Part shown: piece by piece, positions 51,911 through 63,597 of the stretch | Layout: each line of letters opens with the position of its first letter | Numbering within the stretch: position 1 is the first letter of the stretch | NCBI GenBank assembly: GCA_013239625.1 | Contig: MU053561.1 | Location: forward strand, 5,985,706-6,049,302 | DNA: 63,597 nt | Source: Lama guanicoe | Taxonomy: Eukaryota | Reading direction: 5' to 3' | Notes under the pieces: generated by a model | Told to the model about the DNA's origin: nothing | Databases searched by the model: none | What the model saw: the letters and a program-made list of their open reading frames with translations, nothing else | Translations under genes and position numbers: made by a program

Positions 51911-52852
51911 GCACCCAAAGTAATAAAATACCTAGGAGTAAATCTAACCAAGGAGGTGAAAGACTTATACACGGAAAATTATAAAACACTGATTAAGGAA
52001 ATTAAAGAAGACTTAAAAAAGTGGAAAGATAGTCCATGCTCCTGGATTGGAAGAATCAATATTTTTTAAATGGTCATACTGCCCAAGGCAATCTATAGAT
52101 TTAATGCAATCCTTATCAAATTACCCAGGACAAATTTCACAGAACTAGAACAAATCATAATAAAATTTATATGGAACCACAAAAGACCTAGAATTGCCAA
52201 AGCATTACTGAAGAAAAAGAAAGAGGCTGGAGGAATAACCCTCCCAGACTTCAGACAATACTACAGAGCTACAGTTATCAAGACAGCATGGTATTGGTAC
52301 AAAAACAGACTTATGGACCAATGGAACAGAATAGAGGGCTCAGAAATGAACCCACAAACTTTTGGTCAACTAATCTTTGACAAAAGAGGCAAGAATATAC
52401 AATGGATAAAGACAGTCTCTTCAGCAAATGGTGTTGGGAAAACTGGACAGCAGTATGTAAAGCAATGAAGCTAGAACACTCCCTTACACCATACACAAAA
52501 ATAAACTCAAAATGGATCCAAGACTTAAACATAAAACAAGATACAATAAACCTCCTAGAAGAAAATATAGGCAAAACATTATCTGACATACACCTCAAAA
52601 ATTCTCCCCAGGACCTAATTTATAAGCTTCTGCACAGCAAAGGAAACCATAAGTAAAACAAAACGACAGCCTATGGAATGGGACAAAATTTTTGCAAACG
52701 ATGAAACCAACAAAGGCTTAATCTCTAGAATAGAAATAAAGAATAAACAAATGGGACCTAATTAAACTTATAAGCTTCTGCACAGCAAAGGAAACCATAA
52801 GTAAAACAAAACGACAGCCTATGGAATGGGACAAAATTTTTGCAAACGAAAC
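51911..52852 (+). mobile_element. Young L1 ORF2 fragment with internal deletion/duplication and no 3' end
   Basis: [14 protein letters not shown]...[20 protein letters not shown]...DQWNRIE; highly similar to 3771-5545; 52611-52700 repeated at ~52755-52848. Confidence 0.93.
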
Positions 52853-52853
52853 G

Positions 52854-55800
52854 AAGTGACCGATTTCTGGCCAATGCACAAAGGAAACCCAGTGGAGAAA
52901 GTATCTTCTTTTCAACAAATTGGGAAGGGCGATCTATTTCAACCTTTTCAACTAATGGATATCTACATCCGTATGAAAAGTAGTCCAGTAAATGAGCAGA
53001 TCACACGATATGCAACAACTCCAGATATATCACAAATATAAATGTAAACCGTAAAACTGTAAAACTTGTAGAAGAAACATAGTGGAAAATATTTGTTAGC
53101 GTATGTTAGACAGGTATTTCTTAGATTGATATTAAGTATATAATCAACAAAACTATACATTGCTAATAAGGCTTCATAAAAATTGAAAACTTTTAATCTT
53201 TAAAAGAAATAGTAAGTAAATAAATCAAGCCACAGTTAGTAGAAAATATTTGTAAATCATATATCTGACGTGGACTTATACTCCTATTCTGTAGAAATTC
53301 TTGAAACTGAGTAAGAAGAAGACAAAGACAAAGAAATCTATTATAAATTGGGTAAGAGATTTTTATACTAATTCTGGAAACAATATAAGTTGTCCCCTTT
53401 TTCTTCTTGTGTAAAATTGCTTTGATAAATCAAGAACATTTGAATTTCTATGTAAATTTTAGAATTAGCTTGTAAATGTTTATGAAAATATGTACTGGAA
53501 GTTTGATTGGGATTGTATACATCTGTTGGTTAAATTGGTGAGAACTGACACTTAAACCATATAAGTTTTCTAATCCTCAATAAGTTATCCATTTATTTAT
53601 TCTCCCTTTATTTTGTTATTTAATTTGTCAAAGTAATGTTCTGTGGGTTTCATTCTATTGTTTACATATACTTAGTCTGCTAAGACAATACAATGAAAGA
53701 ATTGTTCAAAAGACTTGAGGAAATACTTCAGGAAATAAAAGATATATAAGTGGACAAAAAGCACATTAAAAGATGCTCAACTCAGTCACCAGGGAAAGAA
53801 AGTAATACTACAGTGAGCATACCTAAAATTTGAGTCTGAAAATACCACATGTGGTGAAGAGGTAAAGCAACTAAACGTTTCTTCCACTTGTGGGAAGGAG
53901 AAATGGTACAGCCACTTTGAAAAGCCAAAATACAGTTAAACATATAACAATCATATGAAGAGCCATTCCATTGCTAGGCATTTATACAACATGTCCAAAA
54001 AACAATCTGCAAAGGAATATTCATAGTACCTTTATTCATACAGCCAAAACCTGTAAACTCTAAGATGCCCATTGATAGGTGAACGTATAAAGCAATACAA
54101 AGAAAAATATTTCTACAAAGGAATACTACTTAGCCATAAAAAGGTGTGAACTGTTGATGCATGTAGTAAGTTGGACAGATTTTAAAATCATTCTGCTACA
54201 TGAAGGAAGGCATACAGGAAAGGGTACATGTAAGGTTGCATTTATATAAAGTTGTTAAAATTACATATTTATTTACAGTCACAGTGGTTGTCAGGGGGTC
54301 TGAAGGTTGAGGGAGTGATGGGCTGCAAAGGGGCACACGGAAGGTTGTGACAGAGTAGAAATATCCTGTATCTTGGCTGTCTCTCTAGTATCAATAGTGT
54401 ATACACCTACCAAAGTGAATTTAATTGCATACTTTAAAGTAGGGCTTTCTATTGTACCTAAATTATACATCAAGGATGCTGTTAATAATTGATTGTATTT
54501 CTTCATACTAGTAGTGAGTATTTAGAAAATGAAATTCAAGAAGACATAAGAGATCAGCATCCACGATCATTAAATGCTTAAAAACACAAGTACTGAAGAC
54601 TCCTGACAACTACTGCAGAGAGACATTAAAGAAGACCTATGCAAGTAGAAATATATATATCATATTCATTGGTTAGAAGACTTAGTATTGCTAGAATGTC
54701 AAATCAACATTATTCCAACTAATATTGCAGCAGGCATTTTGGGGGTATTCTGCAAACTAATTATTAAATGTATATGGAAATTCAAGTACCTAACTGGCCA
54801 AGACAACTATGAAGAAGAATTAAGTTAGAGGAGTTATTCTACTAGATTTCAAAACTCATGTTAAAATTGTAGTAATTAAGACACTGTAGTCTTAGTGCAA
54901 GTAAACACAACACAGATACATCAATGTGAAAGTGTAGAAAAGAAAATATTTACCCACATCCATATGCAATTATGTGATTTTTTAAAATAAATCACCAATA
55001 CGTGTCATTCGGGTAATGAAAGGCTTTTCTGAAAAATGTTCTCGAACAAGCGACTATTCCTTTAGAGATAAGTTAATATTAAAAACTCACATCTCTCCAT
55101 ACACTAAAGTTAATTGGACATGGTACATTAAAATCACAACATTTTAAGTGAAATATGTCAGACAGAAAAAGACAAATACTGTATAATATCACTTATATGT
55201 AGAATCTAGCAATACACCCAACTAGTGACTATAACAAAAAAGAAGCAGGCTCACATATGCAGAGAACAAAACTAGTGGTTGCCAGAGGGGTTGCCAGAGA
55301 TGGGGTGGGAGCAGTAAAAGGGCAGGGAAGTTGGAGGTACTAACTATTGTGTGTAAGGCAGGCTACAAGGCTGAATTGTACAACAGGAGGAATATATTAG
55401 TATTTTGTAATCACTATAAATGGAGTGTAACCTTTAAAACTGTATAAAAATTAGAAAAAATTTTAAATAGTATAAAGCCTTTAGAATGAAAACAGAATAG
55501 TACTGGTATATGAATAGAAAAGAAACCAGTGGAATAGATCAGAGAAATTCGAGAAAGAGACTCAAATACATTTGGCAATTTAGTATTTGATAAAATACAT
55601 GACTTTTCAAATTACTGGAGAAAAGATGTACTGAAATTTTTTTTATTGTGGTTAAATATCCACTGCATAAAATTGGCCATTTTTGGGTGTACAGTTCAGT
55701 GGCATTACATACATTCACACTGTTGTACAACCATCACCACCATCCATTTCCAGAACTGGTTTTAATAGACTTTTAAAAACTGCTACTTTCATTCATTTAG

Positions 55801-56400
55801 CACTTTTACAGTTAGTATAGCACCATTTCTTTCCACTCTCAAAAATCCTCTGTGTGCCTCCTATTCATCCCTCCGTCTCCCCCAGCCCCTGGCAACCACT
55901 GATCTTTGTACTACAGCCATTGTTTTGCCTTTTCCAGAATGTCGTGTGGTTGCAATCATTCCGTATGTTGCCTTCTCAGATGGGTTTCTGTCACTTAGTA
56001 ATATGCATTTAAGTTTCCTCCATGTCTTTTCATGGCTTGATAGCTCACTTCTTTCTAGCACTGAATGACATACCATTTTGGGATTTGTCACAGTTTATTT
56101 ATTCATTCACCTACTGGGGGATATCCTGGTTTCTTCCATGTTTTGGCAATTATGAACAAAAAATATAAACAAACAAAAAGTTACAAAGCTATTCAAAGAA
56201 TAATGGAAATATTTTCTTGGCCAAGGCATAGACAAAAATTTCTTACACATAATACCGAGGCACTCACTATAGACAAATTCTGAATAAACTGGATTTCATA
56301 AAATATTAAATCTCTAAGCTTATCACAGTGACTATTTAAAAAGTAGAAAGCTAGTTAATGGACCAGGAGACATTACTTGTAATACGTATATCTGACAAAT
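52854..56400. mobile_element. Mixed old L1M fragments in both orientations plus an L1 3' end (~55130-55465)
   Basis: Degenerate ORF2/3'UTR motifs, e.g. minus ORF 55861-56091 ELSSHEKTWRKLKCILLS matches the L1 3' region at ~46600. Confidence 0.7.
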
Positions 56401-56977
56401 TGCTACCAAACTCAGGTCCGGCTGCTCATCCCTTGAAAGCCAATAGTCAAGAGACAAGTGTTGGTAGAAAAGGAAAGTTTATTTTCTTCTGGAGGCTGGC
56501 ACCTGGGGCAGAAGACAGCTCATGTCCAAAACCAACTCCTCCCCACTGATCAGAGGGCAAGAGCTTTTAAAGGGGAATTTCAGGCGTGTATATGCGGAGG
56601 GAGAGAGCTACGTGCAGAACAGCACAGTGAGCTCCGGCAGTCATCCTGAAGTTTGTCAAGTGGTGGTTTGGTCAGTGTCCCCTTGATCGTTCTAAGTACA
56701 GTTACTACGTAGTTCCAGGGTTGGTTTGCTCCCCTTTTCTGAGGCCATTTCTCAGGACTGTGGCACTTATGTCATGTTTAAAGTTTGACCATCATGTAGT
56801 TTACTTCTTCTACCTCGTAGGGGTTACATTATCTACAAAACAGCTCAAGGTATGGTTCAGACTATTCTCTATATCCCTTAGGGAGGAACTAAAGATCCTT
56901 GACTTTGTTTCATGATTCAACTGTCATTATTTATGTTTGACTGCTTCCCTTTGCTTCTGCATTTTCTCCCTTCTCTA
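56401..56977 (-). mobile_element. ERV1-type LTR, truncated at its right end
   Basis: Starts tgctaccaaactcaggtcc...aaaaggaaagtttatt; stops abruptly at ttttctcccttctct next to the inverted-repeat junction. Confidence 0.65.
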
Positions 56978-57027
56978 GGAATGTAGACAACTGAAAAGGT
57001 CCTACATTTTCGGGGGAAATGCAAAAA

Positions 57028-57470
57028 GAAATAGATCACCCTTCCCAATTTGTTGAAAAGAAGATACTTTCTCCACTGGGTTTCCTTTGTGCATTGGCCA
57101 GAAATCGGTCACTTTATACGTATGGATTTACTTTTGGACTCTTTATTCTGTTCTGTATCTACTGACCTGTCATTACAGTTATATCACACTGATTTGATAC
57201 TACACCTTTATAATAGTTCTTGAAATCAGGTAGAGCTAGCCACCCAACTTTGCTCCTCATTTTACAGAAAATGTTTTGACTTCGCTAGGTCTTTTTATTT
57301 CCCTATTCGTTGATTTTAGAATCAGCCAATCAGTTTCTATCAAAGCTACCGACTGCAAGTTTTAGTTGTGTTGCATTGAATCAAGCTGGGGAAAATTGAC
57401 ATCTCAAAAACAGTGAGCCTTCTGAGCCAAGAACAAAGAATTTGCTTCCATTCCTTTTATACTTCAAATA
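57028..57470 (-). mobile_element. Old L1M ORF2 fragment
   Basis: ttttggactctttattctgttc...cttgaaatcaggtag...ttttagaatcagc antisense ORF2 motifs. Confidence 0.75.
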
Positions 57471-58936
57471 CTTGTTTCCTAATGCTCTGCCCTTTTGATT
57501 AGACCCAAAAGTCAGTAGAAGCATAGATTTAGTCTTATTAACTGGGATCAACGAACTTGATAGTTAAGTACGTTACATATCACTGTATACAGCGGGCTGA
57601 TGGTCCCTTTCCTTCTTTTACCTGTTTCCTGTTAGGTATCTGACAGGTGGTCTAATTTCACTCACTACTTCCATTGACATTCTGGAATGGCATTGTTGCT
57701 ATCGGTATGAAGGGTTGCTTTACATTGCTGTTTATCAAAGTCATCTTAGGCTGTGTTTAAATCTGCATATTGGTGAGCATCATTGATAGTTAATATCTTG
57801 GTATTCGATTCTTCAGTAAGGTGAAAGACTAACATTAGAAAATGAGAAATAACTTCTTTATTATTTTCACCTTTAAAAAAATACTATTTCCATTTCAGGT
57901 GTGTGTGCTCATGTGCAGATTCCTGACCTCCTCCAAAAAGTTGTTGTTGGTCCAAGACAATACACATTAATTAAGTACAGAATGACTGCAGATCATGGGC
58001 CAAATGTCTCGTGTCCATGAGGTCCAAAATTTGGCTAAACATGTTTTTCCTAGATGTGATGTTTTTCGGAGCCAACTCATTTGCAGCTACAAAAGCTTCA
58101 AGCCATTTTCCTCCACCGCCTTGTGGCCATTGTCATAAAATCTTCTCTGCCTTCCCTTAGGTCACCTACCGTGGGATCTGTTTTATTCCATGGCCTTAGA
58201 GGAAGAGGCATTTTCCAGCTTCTTTAATGGAAGTGCATTAAGAGCCTCCTGTTTCCGTAAGACCAAATGGAAGTGAGGGGGGTATTTTAGTTACTAGGTC
58301 GGTAGGGCCATTATTTGGGTCCCTCTAGGTACATACTGCCTTCACAAATCATTACGTGCTGTTAAATGCAATAATTTTTCTCCCACTATACGACACTAAA
58401 CCTCACCCATGCTCTAATTTCCCTAAAAGTGAACTTTCTGAGTGGGATCTTAAAAATGTTGAGATTCATTGCCCAACCACACGGTTCAGTATTTTCACGT
58501 ACATCCCTCTGCCTGTTCTCTTGAATTTGCTGCAGTTTAAACAGGAGCAGAAATGGAACACCAGGAGGGAGCCCATGACAAGTATCTGTGATGTGAACTG
58601 CGACAGTTGGCACCCTGCACACCTTCTGGAGCAGATCCTCTGGCTGCTTTCTGCCCTGACTCTTCAGCTCGTAAGTACCAGGGGCTGTCATTAATCTTCG
58701 TGTCTTGCTTTCACTAGGATGAGCCTATTCGTGTCTGCTGTTGTTCTCACCTACCGACGCCGAACCTGGGCTGAGAACTGTCATTTTAAAACTCTTTTCA
58801 GTGAACATCTATACACCCTCCTTCTGTATCTCTCAGTGCAATTAGTGCAATGATTTACGTACAAGGGCTCAGTCAGTGCTTTCATGGAGCTCAACTCTTT
58901 TAGAATCCAGGTTTTCCACATGAGGAGAAATCTTAC

Positions 58937-58987
58937 CTTTTATGGAACATGACAAGAAAGCAGAGGATGGGATTACGGAGTGTTGTT
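58937..58987 (-). other. Candidate exon carrying a possible start codon (ATG at 58950, MFHK)
   Basis: Donor AAG|gtaaga; ATG in GTCATG context; weak acceptor. Confidence 0.27.
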
Positions 58988-59136
58988 CTGTTTTTAAGGA
59001 AACAATAGTCATTGGGTTTATCAACCACTGTAATATCAAAAGTCGGGATTTTAGTCCCAGACCACCCGACAGTCTCACTGTAAACCTGGAATCTCCTTTA
59101 CTCCTTTTTTTACTTTCGTTATTTGATCTAAATTTG

Positions 59137-59199
59137 TTTTAGTTTTTTTTTAACATTTTTTAAATTGAATTATAATCATTTTACAGTGTTGTGTCAAAC
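59137..59199 (-). mobile_element. Extremely 5'-truncated young L1 (tail plus ~45 nt)
   Basis: Matches the 3' end at 3771-3810; TSD tgatctaaa at 59124 and 59200. Confidence 0.75.
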
Positions 59200-59319
59200 T
59201 GATCTAAAACTTGAGGGTAAAATACCAAGTTTTTCAGACCTAGGAATATGACATTTAAGTTATTTTTGATATGGAGAGAGAACCTTGAAGTCCGGGAAAT
59301 AGTTAACTTTTCAGAGAGA

Positions 59320-59690
59320 AAACCGCTAACCGCTAATCGTTACAGCAAGGACGGATCTATAAGACACATTAAACTTACCTCCTGACTTCTCCAGCTGGCC
59401 AGGGCACAGCAGTAGCTACCGGTGCTAGCAGTGTTCTCTGGAGACCTTGGCGGTGTTGACTACGTTGAGCCAAGATGGAGCCCGTGTGTTATTTGTATCG
59501 TGAGTTGCCGAAATCTGAAATCTGGCTGATGAGCAGGGTTGTTGAGCCAGGACAGGTCATATAGCTGTTGGCAAAAAACAGAAGAGGGACCAGCACCACC
59601 CCTGAGGTCATGCCTAGCCAGCGCTGGCCACTTCCTCCATTGAACCAACTACCACTACACTCTCGTGATTTCATTGTTACTAGACGGAGA
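59320..59690 (-). promoter_or_regulatory. Candidate promoter/first exon
   Basis: Local CpG retention; consensus donor GAG|gtaagt at 59379; further donors at ~59723 and ~59943. Confidence 0.3.
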
Positions 59691-62159
59691 GCTCTGTGAG
59701 ATCTGGGGTAATATTTTACTCACCTCTGTGTTCGTGACTCCTGGCACCAAGTCAACCACTGAGGATGTTCTCAGCTACATTTGTTCACTGATTGAATAAA
59801 AATGGTTGCAAGTCTCCCATCATCTCAACTACATTCCTGTGCAACTGTCCTTTCAGGGATGCTCTGCCTTCTCCCAGGATGTAGCGAATCCCCTTTCTTA
59901 GAGAGGAAAATGTCCTGTACTTCTCTTGCCCTATGACACTCACCTGTGGTGACTCTGATGAAGTCTTCAGAGTCATCCTTCAGAAATCCTCAGGGATTCC
60001 TCCCAATGCTTCACTCTGTCATTAGGAGGAGACGTCCTTGGTGTACCCCCCGATCCTCTGGGCTGCCGCAACACCCCAACGGAGAGAACAACCACGCTCT
60101 GTTGAAATTATCCACTTGGATTTTCCTCTCAGTGCTTTGATTTCATCTCGAAAATCTTACTGATATTTGAAATCCACATTCTTGGCACTGCATAAGGGAA
60201 AGGAAGCACTCAATGTATATCTGCGAGGTTGTTTTGTATAAAGCCTTCCAAGCTGTAAATGCAGAATACCATGACTATCTCTGCTTCAGATGCAGGTCTC
60301 CCTACACTGGCCCCTTCTGGCCATAGGGCAGAACTGTTTAAGGTAAAGATGGACACCTCTAATGTTTTCCCAAACAGCATTTATGCCTCTAAGCTCGCAC
60401 TTACTTGGATGGCATCCACTGTGAGGCCAGCTTCAAGGTCAAGGCTGGGGTCTGGAGCAGAGCATCATGGTACATTTCTTCCTCTTGGAACTGGTGCTTC
60501 CCAGCAGTATAAACCAGCCCTGATTCAGCCTGTGGATCTCCTTGGCAGGTGCCCAAGTTCACTGTGGAGTAAGTTCCCCTCCCAGTCTTCCTTGATTAGC
60601 TCAGGTTGCTACTTGAAGAACTAGATGGTGCTGTGTGCATTCTTCAGTTTCCCTTCACTTGCCTGAACTCAACTTGTCCATATTCTCAGGTCCTCTGGCA
60701 ACCACCTTCCTCCACCATTACCTTGCCCTTCTTTGTGTTATTCACATCCTCCAAGCCTAGTGATTTTCTTTCTTCCAGCTCCTCCCCTCAGTTCTATGTC
60801 TTCAGCATGTGGGCTCGGCTCAGGCTCCTAGGAGACACGCGGACACACAGGAGACACACAGACAAGGGACCAAGGGCAGGTCTTGGCTGCAGTTCCCAGG
60901 GGGCATTTAACATGTGTCTCACTCCATCATGCATTCAGACCAAAAAAAAAAAAAAAGAAAGCCTCAGCAGGAAGGGAATTTGGAGAATTTGAATAACCTT
61001 CCCTCATTGATAAGGAAACTGACACCTGGAGAGATAAGGAGACTTTCCTTAGTTTCCACACCATGTGGTGGCAGCAGAGCCAACACAAAACCCTTGGCCA
61101 CAAGCTTTTCTGCCCAAACAGTCTGGGAACCCACAGCTGCATTTCAGGGCACGTTGGATCAAACAAATGTATTTCGAGTGTCAAAACAAAAATACCTGAA
61201 GGACCTCTCCTGAGGAAAACTTTTATCACTGTTCAATAGTCCTGTATTTATACTCAGTCAGTTCTCAAATCTGGCTGACACAATGGGACCAAGGAACACA
61301 TAAGTATTAAATATGTCACAGACACTACTGAAATACATATCCATGCGATTCTCTGTAAAACATCTGGCTCCTGTGCCACACGATCACCTTCCTGAGAGCA
61401 GGTACTCTGTCTGCCTTGTTCGCCCCTTCTCCCCAGTGTCTCCTCAAGAGCCTGCCAGATAGAACAGTGAGTAAATACTCATCAAGCAAGAAAAATAGCA
61501 GTTAGCAGGAGTCACTAAATTTGACCAGTGTCTTCCAGTCTCTGTCACGTTTCCAATCAGATCCTATCCCAGGTCTTTGCGAAAGCAATGAGAGCACAGC
61601 CCTAGGAAAAGCAGCCCAAGATGCAAACACCAACTCCACCATGTACCGTGTTTGCTCTTCATGCTGATTTCATTACCCTTTTCAATCATATTGATCTCGT
61701 TTATAATACAAAAGAATATGTAATGTAAAATAGAGGAGGCAGCGATAACCGCTAGACTGTTGGACAAGTGAACGTGATATCACGCAGCAGACAGTCTCCA
61801 ATCCCCGGGCGCTAGCTGCACAGATAAAGAACATACACATCACAGTCACTGTGGGGCTGGTTAAAAACCTCTGGGATAAGGCCCAAGGAGGTGTGTTTCA
61901 GATGAAAATTCCAAGGAGATTTTCATGCAAGGAAGAGGCCCACCCATTAAGCAAACATCCTAGAAAGGAGATTCCAAATACCTGTTGACAACAAGAAGGA
62001 CTCACCAGGATCAAATCAAGTCCCTTGTTCAACCTACCCCCTATGGACAAATGTCTCCTTTTCCACGCAGGGTGCTCAGCTCTGCCCAGGCCCATTCTCC
62101 TCTGAGGGGCACGACAGAACTAAGCAGTCTTAAGAGGGAAGTTCACTGAGATACAGCCG

Positions 62160-63597
62160 TCCTCCAAAAACAAGAACAATCTCAAGTAAAGAAGCTAACC
62201 TATCACCTCAAGGTATTAGGAAAAGATCACAACCTAAAGTCAGCAAAGAGAAGGCAACAATAAAGACCAGGGAGGAAACAAATAAAAGAGAGAGAAAAAA
62301 ACAGGAAACGAATCAAGCAAACCAAGAGCTGACGTTGTGAAAGGGTAAACAAAATTGAGAAACTTCTGGCCGGGTTCACCAAGAAGAAAAGAGAACACAA
62401 GTACACAAAATAAGAGAAAGGAAAGTGGAGAAATTACAACCAATACTACAGAGACACAAACAAACAAACAAACAAACAAACAAACAAAGAGAGAGAGAGA
62501 GAATACTGTCAACAACTATATGGATGCAAACTGGATAGCCACTAGGAAATGGACAAGTTTTCTGGAAACATACGGTTCACTAAGAGTGAATCAAGAAGAA
62601 ACAGACCACTTGAACAGACTGTTCACTGGAAAGGAGATAGAATTAGCAATAAAAACAACCTCCCTACAAACAAAAACAAAAGTCCAGAAGCAGATGGCTT
62701 CACTGGGGAATTTAACCTAACATACAAAGAATTACTCATACTGATCATCTCAAACTCTAGAAAAAGACTGAACAGGAGGGAACACTCCCAAACCCATTCT
62801 ATGAAGGCACCGTCACGCTGATACCAAAATCAGACAAAGACACTACCAAAAAATAAAATTAGAGGCCAATATCACTGATGAACATAGATGTATAAATCTT
62901 CAACAAAATATCAGCAAACAGAATCCAACAACACATAAAAACACCATACACCATGATCAAGTTGGATTCATCCCAAGGACATAAGAATGGTTCAGCATAT
63001 GCATATCAATCAATGTGATACACGGCATCAACAAAAGAAAGGACAAAAATCACATGATAATCTCAATAGATGCAGAAAAAAGCATTTGATAAAATTCAAC
63101 ACCCATTTATGAGAAAAAAAAAATACCCTCTCAGCAAAGTAGGTATAGACGGAACATTTTTCAACATAATAAAAGCTATTTATGGCAAAGCCACAGCCAG
63201 CATAAAACTTAAGGATGAAACTCAGAAAGCCTTTCCACTAAAATCTGGAACAAGACAAGGATACCCACTCTCACCACTTCTATTCAACACAGTTATGGAA
63301 GTCCTAGCCACAGAAATCAGGCAAGAAAAAGCAACTTAAAAATCCAAACTGGAAGAGAAGAGGTAAAACAAATAATCCTAAAATGTATATGGAATCACAA
63401 AAGACCCAGAATTGCAATACTAAAGGAAAAGAGTGAAGCGGAAGGAATAACCCTCCCAAACTTCAGATACTACTACAGAGCTACAGCAATCAAAACACCA
63501 TGGTATTGGCATCAAAACAGACATACGGATCAAAGGAACAGAATAGAGAGACCAGAAATAAACCCACAGACCTACAGCCACTTCACCTTTGACAAAG
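62160..63597 (+). mobile_element. LINE-1 ORF2 fragment running off the window, with (CAAA)n and an internal deletion near 63365
   Basis: [42 protein letters not shown]. Confidence 0.93.

Larger units (their letters stand above)
52854..57114. repeat. 87-bp inverted repeat pair (52854-52940 / 57028-57114)
   Basis: Reverse complement alignment gives 86/87 identity. Confidence 0.97.

Noticed and set aside
1..63597. Prokaryotic systems (operons, defence islands, CRISPR, IS elements)
   Set aside because: No dense long ORFs; the content is mammalian L1/LTR/SINE throughout.

Overview
This is mammalian, not prokaryotic, genomic DNA. It is probably from a camelid, inferred from two tRNA-derived SINEs resembling the Vic-1 type. 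The window is dominated by nested transposable elements: a near full-length decayed LINE-1 (minus, ~6.4-12.1 kb), several younger and ancient L1 fragments, MaLR/ERVL/ERV1 solo LTRs, L2/MIR relics and microsatellites. There is a 721-N assembly gap. I cannot identify an intact known protein-coding gene, RNA gene or CRISPR array, and most listed ORFs are L1 remnants or chance. Main points of interest: (1) short minus-strand exon-like segments in the unique islands from ~59.4 kb to ~2.9 kb that partly join in phase into a helical/coiled-coil-like protein, some with damaged splice sites or a stop (a candidate unannotated gene or unitary pseudogene); (2) an 87-bp, 86/87-identical inverted duplication bracketing a probable ~4 kb inversion next to an internally scrambled young L1; (3) a twin-priming (5'-inverted) L1 insertion spanning the gap; (4) a recent ~300-bp tandem duplication. 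Repeat family names come from recalled consensus features rather than a database search, and most element boundaries are approximate.
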